A stretch of DNA of 57,445 nucleotides from Bacteroidia bacterium. GTDB lineage: Bacteria > Bacteroidota > Bacteroidia > AKYH767-A > 2013-40CM-41-45. This document shows positions 16,378-24,983 of the stretch, piece by piece (within the stretch, counting starts at the first letter, position 1; each line of letters begins with the position of its first letter). The position numbers and the translations under genes are program-made. The stretch is from positions 1 to 57,445 of the forward strand of contig JADZBN010000117.1 in NCBI GenBank assembly GCA_020852075.1, in the 5' to 3' direction. The notes beneath the pieces are model-generated. The model had not been told where the DNA came from. It saw nothing but the letters and a program-made list of their open reading frames with translations, and searched no databases.

Positions 16378-19143
16378 ATGATTACAACCAAATACCAATA
16401 CAGTATAGTTAAGTTCTTTGTTTTTGCATTTCTGTTATTTTCGATACTATTTTCAGGGAAAACCAGTGCCCAATGCCTTATTCCTTCGGGATTAAATTCA
16501 TCCAATATCGGAACAACCACCGCCAAGGTAAACTGGACGGTTACCTCAGCAGATAGTTTTCTTGTTCGATATTACAAGTCCGGCACAAGTTCATATTATT
16601 ATCAAACCGTCGGTTCGGCCTCTGCACGCAGTGCAACCCTGATCTGGCTGACCCCGAACACCACCTATTACTGGCAGGTGAGAACCTGGTGCAACGGAGG
16701 TGTATCGGGCAGTTACCAGAGTGTTCCTGCATCCTTCACCACCGCCTATGCGGTGGTATGCCCGCTTCCTTCCGGACTGAATACGACCAATGTTGGTAAT
16801 ATTTCCGCGAAGCTGAACTGGACGGTTTCATCAGCGGACAGTTTTCTGATCCGTTACCGGGTTAACGGATCTCCGGTTTATCTGTATAAAACGGTTAGTT
16901 CAGGGAGTGCCAGGAGTTATACATTAAACGGCCTTTCTCCCGCCACCACCTATACCTGGCAGGTACGTACGTGGTGCGGTAACGGAACCTCCGGCGGGTA
17001 CCAGACCGTGCCGGCATCCTTCACCACTACATCCACACCCGTAGCCTGTGTTACCCCAACCTCAACCACCACCGGCAATATAACCTCAAACACCGCGAAC
17101 CTGTCATGGACCCAATATGTAACTGCAGACACATTTATGATAAGGTATTCCGAACACAATACCACGAATTATGTTTGGATTAAGCTCCCGGGTAGTCAGC
17201 ACAGTTATAACCTTCAGAACCTTTTACCCAATACTGCATACGACTGGCGTGTACGTTGCATTTGTGGCTCAAGTCCCAGTCAGGCATACAGTGTACTGAA
17301 TACATTCACCACCTTGTCAAATAATTGCGGCATTGCCGATCCTTTTTATTTCGGTTCAACCAATATAACATCCAACTCAGCCACCCTCAGCTGGAAAGCG
17401 GTAGCCGGTGCAACCGGCTATAATGTCAGGTATGGCGTACGGTATTCAGGAAACTGGAATACGGTTTCCAGCACATCCATCTCAAAAAATGTCACGGGTC
17501 TAATGGCAGATACCTGGTATGAATTCCAGGTTCAGGTAGTCTGCGCCACCGGTGCCGGTTCCTGGACCACTTCTGGAATTTTTAAGACCCTAACAGCAGT
17601 TCTGGCCCTGACGCGGCAGCCCTACCTTCAGCTATCCACTCCCAATGGTATTTATGTTCGCTGGAGAACCAACAACCCTTCCGATTCGAAAGTAGCATTC
17701 GGGATATCACCTTCGGCCCTTAATTCATCCGCCTCAAGCGGCATTCAAACGACGGAGCATATCATTCAATTGACCAACCTGACACCCAATACTAAATATT
17801 ACTACTCCGTTGGTACTATAGCTACGAAACTACAGGGTGATACGGGAAACTACTTTTACACCAATCCGCCGGTAGGATCAACAAATCATGTCAGGATCTG
17901 GGGGATAGGCGATTTTGGTGTGGGCTCATCAGGCCAGGTACAGGTCCGGGATGCTTATACAAATTATACCAGCAGTAACTACACCAATGTATGGCTCTGG
18001 ATGGGTGATAATGCCTACAGTGACGGTACAGATGCCGAGTACCAAAGCCATGTTTTCAATGTATATCCCTATCAGTTAAAAAAATGGGTGGTTTGGCCTA
18101 CTTCAGGAAATCATGACCTGCATACCTCAATTGCATCCAACCAGACCGGGGCCTATTTTGACAATTTTACCATGCCAATCAACGGACAAGCAGGAGGTCT
18201 TCCAAGCGGCACGGAAGCCTACTATTCCTTTAACTATGCGAATATTCACTTTGTCTGTCTCGAATCCACAGATGCGGTATTCAGATCTGCCACAGGTGCT
18301 ATGGCAACATGGCTGAACAATGACCTGGCAGCAAATACCCAGCGGTGGACCATTGTGTATTTTCACCATCCTCCCTATTCGAAGGGAAGCCATGACTCTG
18401 ACAACAGCAGTCAGTTAGTAGAAATGAGAACGAACATTGTGCCGATACTGGAAAATCATAAAGTGGATCTTGTCCTATCAGGTCACAGTCATTCCTATGA
18501 AAGATCTATGCTGATACGTGGTCATTTTGGAGTAGAAAGTACATTTGTTCCCGCGTTAATGGCGGTAAATTCCGGAAGCGGAATTTATCCCAGTTCTTAT
18601 GTGAAAGCATCACCTACCTATTACGGTACGGTATATGCCGTGTGCGGGGTATCAGGTCAGCTTGGAGGCACCTCATCAGGATATCCCCATAATGCGATGT
18701 ACACTTCGTCCGTAAGTTATTATGGATCCCTGGTAATTGATGTTACGGGTGACAGACTGGATTATAAATTCCTGACTTCTTCTGGTGCAATTTTTGACCA
18801 GTTTACCATTCAAAAAACGGGAACCTCACCTCCCCCTGCAAGAATGAGTAGCTATATTACAGAGCCAGTGGGTTCCAACCTGGAGGAATTTATTGTATTT
18901 CCCAACCCCGCCAAAGAAGAAGCGACGGTTCAATATACGCTCAACGAGGTATCTGATATAAGTATTGAAGTAATGGACATTTCCGGAAGAATTGTTTACC
19001 GTTCAGAAGATTTGAAAGACATGGGAGAGGGAACTCATAATTATATTATCCCGTTAAAACAGGTGAGTTTGGGCAAAGGCACTTATTTTGTCCGGTTGAT
19101 TACCGATAAAGGCGGGCAGACCACAAGAATGGTTGTAAACTAA
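16378..19143 (+). CDS. T9SS-secreted FN3-repeat / purple-acid-phosphatase-like metallophosphoesterase
   Basis: Signal peptide, then four FN3-like modules and a PAP N-domain ('QPYLQLSTPNGIYVRWRT'). All five PAP/metallophosphatase motifs are present (GDFG, GDNAY, GNHD, VYFHHP, GHSHSYE). Type-A T9SS CTD ('FIVFPNPAKEEATVQY...'). ATG 16378 chosen over TTG 16339. Confidence 0.9.
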   Translation: MITTKYQYSIVKFFVFAFLLFSILFSGKTSAQCLIPSGLNSSNIGTTTAKVNWTVTSADSFLVRYYKSGTSSYYYQTVGSASARSATLIWLTPNTTYYWQVRTWCNGGVSGSYQSVPASFTTAYAVVCPLPSGLNTTNVGNISAKLNWTVSSADSFLIRYRVNGSPVYLYKTVSSGSARSYTLNGLSPATTYTWQVRTWCGNGTSGGYQTVPASFTTTSTPVACVTPTSTTTGNITSNTANLSWTQYVTADTFMIRYSEHNTTNYVWIKLPGSQHSYNLQNLLPNTAYDWRVRCICGSSPSQAYSVLNTFTTLSNNCGIADPFYFGSTNITSNSATLSWKAVAGATGYNVRYGVRYSGNWNTVSSTSISKNVTGLMADTWYEFQVQVVCATGAGSWTTSGIFKTLTAVLALTRQPYLQLSTPNGIYVRWRTNNPSDSKVAFGISPSALNSSASSGIQTTEHIIQLTNLTPNTKYYYSVGTIATKLQGDTGNYFYTNPPVGSTNHVRIWGIGDFGVGSSGQVQVRDAYTNYTSSNYTNVWLWMGDNAYSDGTDAEYQSHVFNVYPYQLKKWVVWPTSGNHDLHTSIASNQTGAYFDNFTMPINGQAGGLPSGTEAYYSFNYANIHFVCLESTDAVFRSATGAMATWLNNDLAANTQRWTIVYFHHPPYSKGSHDSDNSSQLVEMRTNIVPILENHKVDLVLSGHSHSYERSMLIRGHFGVESTFVPALMAVNSGSGIYPSSYVKASPTYYGTVYAVCGVSGQLGGTSSGYPHNAMYTSSVSYYGSLVIDVTGDRLDYKFLTSSGAIFDQFTIQKTGTSPPPARMSSYITEPVGSNLEEFIVFPNPAKEEATVQYTLNEVSDISIEVMDISGRIVYRSEDLKDMGEGTHNYIIPLKQVSLGKGTYFVRLITDKGGQTTRMVVN
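16474..17592 (+). repeat. Four tandem 93-96-aa FN3-like modules, each bracketed by conserved Cys
   Basis: Module starts (Cys codons) at 16474, 16759, 17047 and 17326. Shared pattern: 'C..P.(G)LN..N....A.L.W......D.F..RY.............S.....L..L.P.T.Y.W.VR..C'. Confidence 0.8.
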
Positions 19144-19168
19144 ACCTTATTGAACAATACACTTCCTG

Positions 19169-19191
19169 ACCCCGGCACCACCGGGGTTTTT
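19169..19191. terminator. GC-rich hairpin terminator between convergent genes
   Basis: accccgg (19169-19175) / cacca loop / ccggggt (19181-19187), followed by tttt. Sits between the stop at 19143 (+) and the stop at 19206 (-). Confidence 0.6.
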
Positions 19192-19205
19192 CATGAAGCC
19201 TGGAA

Positions 19206-20711
19206 TTATTTCAGTCTGATACAAACGTTTTTTTCTTCGGTAAAGAACCGTAGGGCTTCAAATCCACCTTCCCTGCCCACGCCCGAATTTTTCATCCCGC
19301 CGAAAGGCGTACGAAGGTCTCTGAGCAGCCAGCAGTTAATCCATACAATACCGCTTTGCAGTGCAGCAGCAACTGTATGAGCGGTTTTCAGGTTTGATGT
19401 CCATACGGACGCGGCGAGGCCATATTGTGTGCTGTTTGCAAAGGTGATCACTTCTTCCTGTGACCGGAATGGGATAATGGAAACGACCGGCCCGAAAATT
19501 TCTTCCTGGTTGGTTCTGCAATAAGCGTCCAGGTTTTCAATAACGGTGGGTTCGATAAAGAATCCTCCCTCGCATCTTCCTTTGGGTTGGACACGGTTTC
19601 CACCACAGAGAATTTCGCCTCCCTCCTGTTTTGCCAGGTCTATGTATGAGAGGATTTTTATCATGTGGGAATCCGAAACAATAGCACCGATGTTGGATTC
19701 CTCCAGCAATGGATCGCCCACCTTTAGTCTTGCGGATTCTTTAACAAAAGCGGTTTTGAATTTTTTATATATAGATTCTTCCACAAATATTCTTGAACCG
19801 CACAGGCAGATTTCTCCCTGATTGGAAAAGGCCGCTCTCACCGATGTATGAACTGCTTTGTCAAAATCAGCATCTGCAAAAACAATGGTGGGGTTTTTCC
19901 CACCGAGTTCCAGTGATAATTTTTTAAACATGGGGCCGGCTGTACGGGATATTATTTCTCCCGTCCTGGTACCTCCCGTAAATGAAACAGCAGCAATTTC
20001 GGGATGGCTTACAATGGCCATTCCGGCTTTGTGTCCATAACCATGAACGATATTCAGTACACCGGGGGGCAAACCGGCATCCATACATATTTCAGACAAC
20101 AGATATGCAGTCATGGGAGTAACCTCTGAAGGTTTTGCAACCACCGTACAGCCTGATGCAAGTGCGGGCGCAACTTTCCAGGAAAACAGGTATAAGGGAA
20201 GATTCCATGGAGAAATACACCCGGCCACTCCAACGGGATTCCGGAGTGTATAGTTCAGTGCGGTGCCCTCCATATTATGTGTCTCGGTCCAGTCGTGCAA
20301 TGCTGCGGTTGCATAAAAATGGAAATTGGATACGGCACGCGGAATATCAACGCTGCGGGAAAGCCACAGGGGTTTCCCGTTATCAACGGTTTCCGCCAGT
20401 GCTAATTCTTCCGTCCGGTCCCGGATCAATTCAGAAATCCTGATGAGAATAGCTGATCGTTTTTGCTTTTGCATGACAGACCAGGCCGGGAATGCAGTCC
20501 TGGCGGATTCAACCGCCTGTTGGACATCCGTCTCTTCCGAGTCAGGAATGCAGGAATATACATTGCCTGTAGAAGGGTCCACATTATCAATATAATTTCC
20601 CGAAAGCGGAGGGCAATGAGATCCGTTAATAAAATTCCGGATATACATTAATGATTTACCATGCTTACCGGAAAGCATATTTTTATTTGAAACAGTTGAC
20701 GGGGATGCCAT
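19206..20711 (-). CDS. ALDH8-like aldehyde dehydrogenase, probable 2-aminomuconate-6-semialdehyde dehydrogenase
   Basis: ALDH motifs 'ELGGKNP' and catalytic-Cys region 'FSNQGEICLCGSRIFV', an ALDH8A1 / hydroxymuconic-semialdehyde-DH-like signature as I recall it. Clustered with HAAO and ACMSD. The true start may be ATG 20648 (MYIRNFINGS...). Confidence 0.85.
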   Translation of the reverse strand: MASPSTVSNKNMLSGKHGKSLMYIRNFINGSHCPPLSGNYIDNVDPSTGNVYSCIPDSEETDVQQAVESARTAFPAWSVMQKQKRSAILIRISELIRDRTEELALAETVDNGKPLWLSRSVDIPRAVSNFHFYATAALHDWTETHNMEGTALNYTLRNPVGVAGCISPWNLPLYLFSWKVAPALASGCTVVAKPSEVTPMTAYLLSEICMDAGLPPGVLNIVHGYGHKAGMAIVSHPEIAAVSFTGGTRTGEIISRTAGPMFKKLSLELGGKNPTIVFADADFDKAVHTSVRAAFSNQGEICLCGSRIFVEESIYKKFKTAFVKESARLKVGDPLLEESNIGAIVSDSHMIKILSYIDLAKQEGGEILCGGNRVQPKGRCEGGFFIEPTVIENLDAYCRTNQEEIFGPVVSIIPFRSQEEVITFANSTQYGLAASVWTSNLKTAHTVAAALQSGIVWINCWLLRDLRTPFGGMKNSGVGREGGFEALRFFTEEKNVCIRLK

Positions 20712-20725
20712 GAAGATTTATTTTA

Positions 20726-21139
20726 TCAGGTTTCGCAATTACATTCAAATTCATTTTCAAGATCCATTACAGTAATGATCACGGCTTCTTTGTTACAATT
20801 TCCCACTATTATACGCACTTTTTGTCCGTCACCGGTTATTCCCTCTACTGCATACGTGGGGCATGGCTGGTCTTTCAGGTCACTCTTTCCGTAATTGATT
20901 TTTCCCTTATGCAGGATATCCTCAACTTCCTTTTCATCAATATGCCTGCAATCCATTCTGCATTGTGCATGTTTTGTGATTTTTACAGGATTGTGGCGGA
21001 ATGCAACCTCTCTGCGGTCAGGATCAGAAACGGTATTTCCATTGCGGCATTTTACAACATACAGGATCAGAATTAATCCGATAACTACCAGGCTGACAAT
21101 CGCCTGTTTTGATTTCCGGTGTTGGGAAGGTGGAACCAT
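20726..21139 (-). CDS. DUF4258-like protein with N-terminal transmembrane anchor
   Basis: 137 aa. Has a TM helix (AIVSLVVIGLILILYVV) and the DUF4258-type core 'ITKHAQCRMDCRHIDEKEVEDIL...VRIIVG...VIITVMD'. Packed 14-16 nt from both neighbours. Confidence 0.6.
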   Translation of the reverse strand: MVPPSQHRKSKQAIVSLVVIGLILILYVVKCRNGNTVSDPDRREVAFRHNPVKITKHAQCRMDCRHIDEKEVEDILHKGKINYGKSDLKDQPCPTYAVEGITGDGQKVRIIVGNCNKEAVIITVMDLENEFECNCET

Positions 21140-21155
21140 CTCATCGGGTGTGTTA

Positions 21156-21938
21156 TCACAGGCAGGCGGTCCGTCCTCCGTCCACAGGCATATTTATTCC
21201 GTTAATATATGATGCTGCGGGAGAAGCCAGAAAAGCAACGGCTGCTGCTATTTCTGACGGGTCGCCGAACCGGCCGGCCGGTATCTCCTTCAGCATACCG
21301 GCTCTCACTTCCTGTACATCCATACCGGATTTTTTTGCCTTAGAATCAATGAGGCTTTCCAGCCTGCGGGTAGCGGTTGCACCGGGCAATACATTGTTTA
21401 CGGTTATTCCGAAGGGGCCCAGTTCTCCTGCAAGTGTTTTTGCCCAGTTTGCCACTGCAGCCCTTACTGTATTAGAAACTCCCAGGTTTGGGAGCGGTTG
21501 TTTGACAGAAGTCGAGATGATATTAATAATCCGGCCATAACCAGCAGCTTTCATTCCATCAACCACAGCCTGCATCAGAATATGATTGCAGACGAGGTGA
21601 TTTGAAAATGCAGAAACAAATTCATCTGTAGCTGCAGAAAAAACGGGGCCGGAGGGAGGTCCTCCGGTATTATTTACCAGAATATGAACCGGCTCCTCAT
21701 TCCTGATGAATTCACTGACACTGGATTTTAGCAGCGCTGGTTGATTAAAATCAATGGAAATCCAGTTATGAGGTCCCTTTCCGGGTAATTGTCCGGCAAT
21801 GCGTTTCAAATCTTCCGCATTCCTGGCAAGAAGTGTGACAGAGGCGCCCAACGATGCAAGTTCCATGGCAACCGCCTTTCCAATACCCCGGGTGCTGCCA
21901 CAGACCAGGGCTTTTTTACCTGTTAATTCTAATATCAT
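21156..21938 (-). CDS. SDR-family oxidoreductase (atypical: catalytic Tyr/Lys replaced)
   Basis: Rossmann motif 'GSTRGIGKA' and 'NNTGG' are present. The YxxxK position reads 'SNTVR' when aligned by hand to E. coli FabG 'YAAAK'. Confidence 0.85.
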   Translation of the reverse strand: MILELTGKKALVCGSTRGIGKAVAMELASLGASVTLLARNAEDLKRIAGQLPGKGPHNWISIDFNQPALLKSSVSEFIRNEEPVHILVNNTGGPPSGPVFSAATDEFVSAFSNHLVCNHILMQAVVDGMKAAGYGRIINIISTSVKQPLPNLGVSNTVRAAVANWAKTLAGELGPFGITVNNVLPGATATRRLESLIDSKAKKSGMDVQEVRAGMLKEIPAGRFGDPSEIAAAVAFLASPAASYINGINMPVDGGRTACL

Positions 21939-22062
21939 ATCCGGGGGTGAAAGGAAAGGGAGATTTGCCTAATTTTGATTGAAAGCACTGGAAACCCAAG
22001 GGGAAAAAGCGTCCCCTCCTTCAACAAAGCTACGCTTCCCATAGTTAAAATGAAAGCTCCGC

Positions 22063-22377
22063 ATGAATCACCTTGTCAACCTTGTTAAATTCAAAGCCGG
22101 GATTACTGATGAACAGGCCCGCGCCGCGGTAGATGTTATGATTTCACAATTCAAGCAGAAGTTTCCTCAAATTCTTCACCCCGAGATTGATTCTGTCGCA
22201 AACGGAGGGAACTTCGGCGATTCTGTCAGGGGAAAAATTGAAGAACTCAAAGGCTCCTTTGTAATAGCAGCCAGGAATGTTGGTGAAAAGGCAGGAACGC
22301 TTGGTGAAGAACTTGCTGACAAACTGCATGAAATTTTTAATCCCAAAAGACCCCCTTCATCAGGAACGGAACATTGA
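22063..22377 (+). CDS. Hypothetical 104-aa protein
   Basis: ORF in an otherwise gene-free slot, co-directional with HAAO and 49 nt upstream of it. No motif recognised. Confidence 0.45.
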   Translation: MNHLVNLVKFKAGITDEQARAAVDVMISQFKQKFPQILHPEIDSVANGGNFGDSVRGKIEELKGSFVIAARNVGEKAGTLGEELADKLHEIFNPKRPPSSGTEH

Positions 22378-22426
22378 TTTCCTGTATCCATGCAACACAC
22401 AACACAACAGTTTAAAAGACCCCTAT

Positions 22427-22954
22427 ATGTCAATTACCCGAGCATTCTCCTTTAAAAAATGGATTGATGAAAACCGGCACCTGCTTAAGCCACCTATTGG
22501 AAACCAGTTAATCTATAAGCCACAACAGGATTTTATCGTCATGGTTGTTGGCGGCCCGAATTCAAGAAAGGACTATCATTTCAATGAAACCGAAGAGTTT
22601 TACTATCAGATAGAAGGAGATATTGTGGTGAAAATCGTTGAGGACGGCAAGCCTGTGGATATTCCCATACGGGAAGGAGAAATTTTTCTCCTCCCGGCAA
22701 AGGTGCCGCACAGTCCGCAGCGGGGGCCTGGCACCGTAGGGCTGGTAATGGAAGTTCAGCGTCGTAAAGGGATGAAGGATGGCTGCCTCTGGTTTTGTGA
22801 AAAATGCAATCACTCTTTGCATGAGGAATATTTTGTACTTGAGGACATCGTTATCCAGTTGCCTCTGGCTATGAAAAATTTTTATGACAGCCTGGATTTG
22901 CGAACCTGTAAACAGTGTGGTGCTGTGATGGAGCCTCCTGCAACACTTTCCTGA
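22427..22954 (+). CDS. 3-hydroxyanthranilate 3,4-dioxygenase (HAAO / NbaC-type)
   Basis: Cupin core 'FYYQIEGDIVVKIVEDGK...IREGEIFLLPAKVPHSPQR'. C-terminal rubredoxin-like 'CEKC...CKQC' site. Start at ATG 22427 (MSITRAFSFKKWIDENR...); the ORF track extends upstream to 22277. Confidence 0.92.
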   Translation: MSITRAFSFKKWIDENRHLLKPPIGNQLIYKPQQDFIVMVVGGPNSRKDYHFNETEEFYYQIEGDIVVKIVEDGKPVDIPIREGEIFLLPAKVPHSPQRGPGTVGLVMEVQRRKGMKDGCLWFCEKCNHSLHEEYFVLEDIVIQLPLAMKNFYDSLDLRTCKQCGAVMEPPATLS

Positions 22955-22961
22955 TCAGAGT

Positions 22962-24983
22962 ATGGCCAAAAAACTTACCCGGAAGGAAAAACTCAACCTC
23001 GAAAAGGAACAGGGTAAAATCGGGAAACCGGGGAAAGCAGAAACAAAAGAAGCGGAAATCCGGCTAAAACTGAAGCTCCGTCTGGGACTGTTGCTGGCCC
23101 TGTTAGCCATTGGCTTGTATTCCAACACATTTAAAAACCAATATGTACTGGATGATTTCGGTGTAATTTCCGAAAACACCCAGACCCGGAAAGGGATTCG
23201 TGCCATACCTGATATATTTTCATCCTCGTACCGTACGGGAATGAACATTACGGATTATTCCCTTTACAGACCATTGTCAAAGGCATTGTTTGCCATAGAA
23301 TGGGAAATAGCTCCCGGCAATCCAGCCGTAGGACATATCATGAATGTTCTCTGGTTTGCAGGGTTGTGCCTGCTGATGTTTCATACCATCAGTGTTATGA
23401 TGAAGGGGAAGCTCCTGGTTCCTTTCATTACTACGGCTCTTTTTGCAGCCCACCCCCTGCATACCGAGGTTGTTGCCAATATAAAAGGCAGGGATGAAAT
23501 CGTGTGTCTTTTCTTTTGCCTGCTGACTCTCCTGTTTACTTTTCAATGGATACTTTCGGGTAAAAAGAAACACTTTTTATTGCTGGTGCCGAGTTTTTTT
23601 CTGGCGCTTCTGACAAAAGAATCTGCCATAACCTGGCTTGCGATAGTTCCACTGGCACTTTATTTTTTTTCTGACGCACCACGGGCTGTATATTTCAGGA
23701 GTACCGGAGCACTGGTTGCAGTTACACTGATTTTCCTGCTTATACGGCGTAAGGTATTAGGGGATGTGGAAACCGGGATTCCGGTTGTGGACAATCATCT
23801 TGTTGCAATCGGGGGATTTTTTCTTCAGCGGGCCAATGCTGTGTACATACTGGGTATCTACATGTACAAGCTGGTGTATCCTTTTCCACTGATGGCCGAC
23901 GCGTCCTATAACCATTTTGCACCGGTTGGATTTTCGGATCCTGAATTTCTTGTGCCCCTGATAATTATACTGGCCTTACTGGTATTTGCCGCTATGGGAT
24001 TGAAAAGAAAGTCCCTTCTTTCATTCGGCATAATGTATTTTTTCATAACGGCATCCATTGTCTCCAATGTAATCATCCTGATCGGAACCAATTACGGCGA
24101 ACGCCTGATGTTCATGCCATCCATGGGTTTCTGTTTTTGTACCGCGGTACTCTTGAGCCGGCTGGCCAAAAAGGAACCCCGCGATTACCTGATCCCGGCA
24201 ACCGGATTCTTCAAAGCAACCGTCAGACCACTGTCGCTTACGGTTCTGGCCGTGTTGTATTTTGGTATCAGGACTATGGGCCGGAATACGGATTGGTACG
24301 ATAATAATTCCCTGTATTTCACAGATGTAAAAACCGTACCGGAAAGCGCACATTTGCGGTTTTATATTGGCAATCATATCACTTCAGAAGATCAGCTGGA
24401 CATGCTTCCCGACAGCACTGCAAAAAGGGAAAAAATGTACGAAGGAATCCGTCAACTCACCAAAGCCATCGAGATTTATCCGAAATATGCTGATGCGTAT
24501 CAGCGGAGAGGATATATTGAGTACCTTCTGAAAGATTTTGCAGCTGCGGATTCGGATTATGTGACTTCACTGTTTTATAATCCTACCCAGCCGGTTACGC
24601 ACAATAATTTCGGAACCCTGTTGTTTGATACAAGAAGATACGGAGAAGCATTACAGCATTTTAAAATGGCACTACAATACAATCCGCTATATGCGCATGC
24701 TGCCAATAATGTGGCCAGTGTATATGGTGTAATGGGAGAAGGTGAACGGGAACTGGCAGGGAAAGATCCTGCCAGGGCAGAGGAGCACTTACAAAAGGCA
24801 AAAACCAGTTTTGAAACGGCAATTTCATATTATAAAAAAGCAATTGAAATTGATCCTGAATACGCGGAGCCCTATCATTTACTTGCCGTAACTTACAAAA
24901 ATACAGGAGATGTGACCCGGGCAGATCATTTCGAGCGGCAGGCTGTAATCCTTCAAAGACAGAAACAAAATGCTCACCATTGA
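22962..24983 (+). CDS. TMTC/PMT-like GT-C membrane protein with C-terminal TPR repeats
   Basis: Lys-rich N-terminus, then about 10 TM helices. First-loop motif 'YVLDDFGVISEN' resembles the DD/DE motif of PMT/TMTC-type GT-C enzymes. C-terminal TPRs ('YADAYQRRGY', 'YAHAANNVASVY', 'YAEPYHLLAVTY'). Confidence 0.8.
   Translation: MAKKLTRKEKLNLEKEQGKIGKPGKAETKEAEIRLKLKLRLGLLLALLAIGLYSNTFKNQYVLDDFGVISENTQTRKGIRAIPDIFSSSYRTGMNITDYSLYRPLSKALFAIEWEIAPGNPAVGHIMNVLWFAGLCLLMFHTISVMMKGKLLVPFITTALFAAHPLHTEVVANIKGRDEIVCLFFCLLTLLFTFQWILSGKKKHFLLLVPSFFLALLTKESAITWLAIVPLALYFFSDAPRAVYFRSTGALVAVTLIFLLIRRKVLGDVETGIPVVDNHLVAIGGFFLQRANAVYILGIYMYKLVYPFPLMADASYNHFAPVGFSDPEFLVPLIIILALLVFAAMGLKRKSLLSFGIMYFFITASIVSNVIILIGTNYGERLMFMPSMGFCFCTAVLLSRLAKKEPRDYLIPATGFFKATVRPLSLTVLAVLYFGIRTMGRNTDWYDNNSLYFTDVKTVPESAHLRFYIGNHITSEDQLDMLPDSTAKREKMYEGIRQLTKAIEIYPKYADAYQRRGYIEYLLKDFAAADSDYVTSLFYNPTQPVTHNNFGTLLFDTRRYGEALQHFKMALQYNPLYAHAANNVASVYGVMGEGERELAGKDPARAEEHLQKAKTSFETAISYYKKAIEIDPEYAEPYHLLAVTYKNTGDVTRADHFERQAVILQRQKQNAHH

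Noticed and set aside
16474-17592. FN3 repeat pair 1/2 as a possible diversity-generating retroelement template/variable repeat
   Set aside because: Differences between the units are not adenine-specific, and no reverse transcriptase gene is present in the window.
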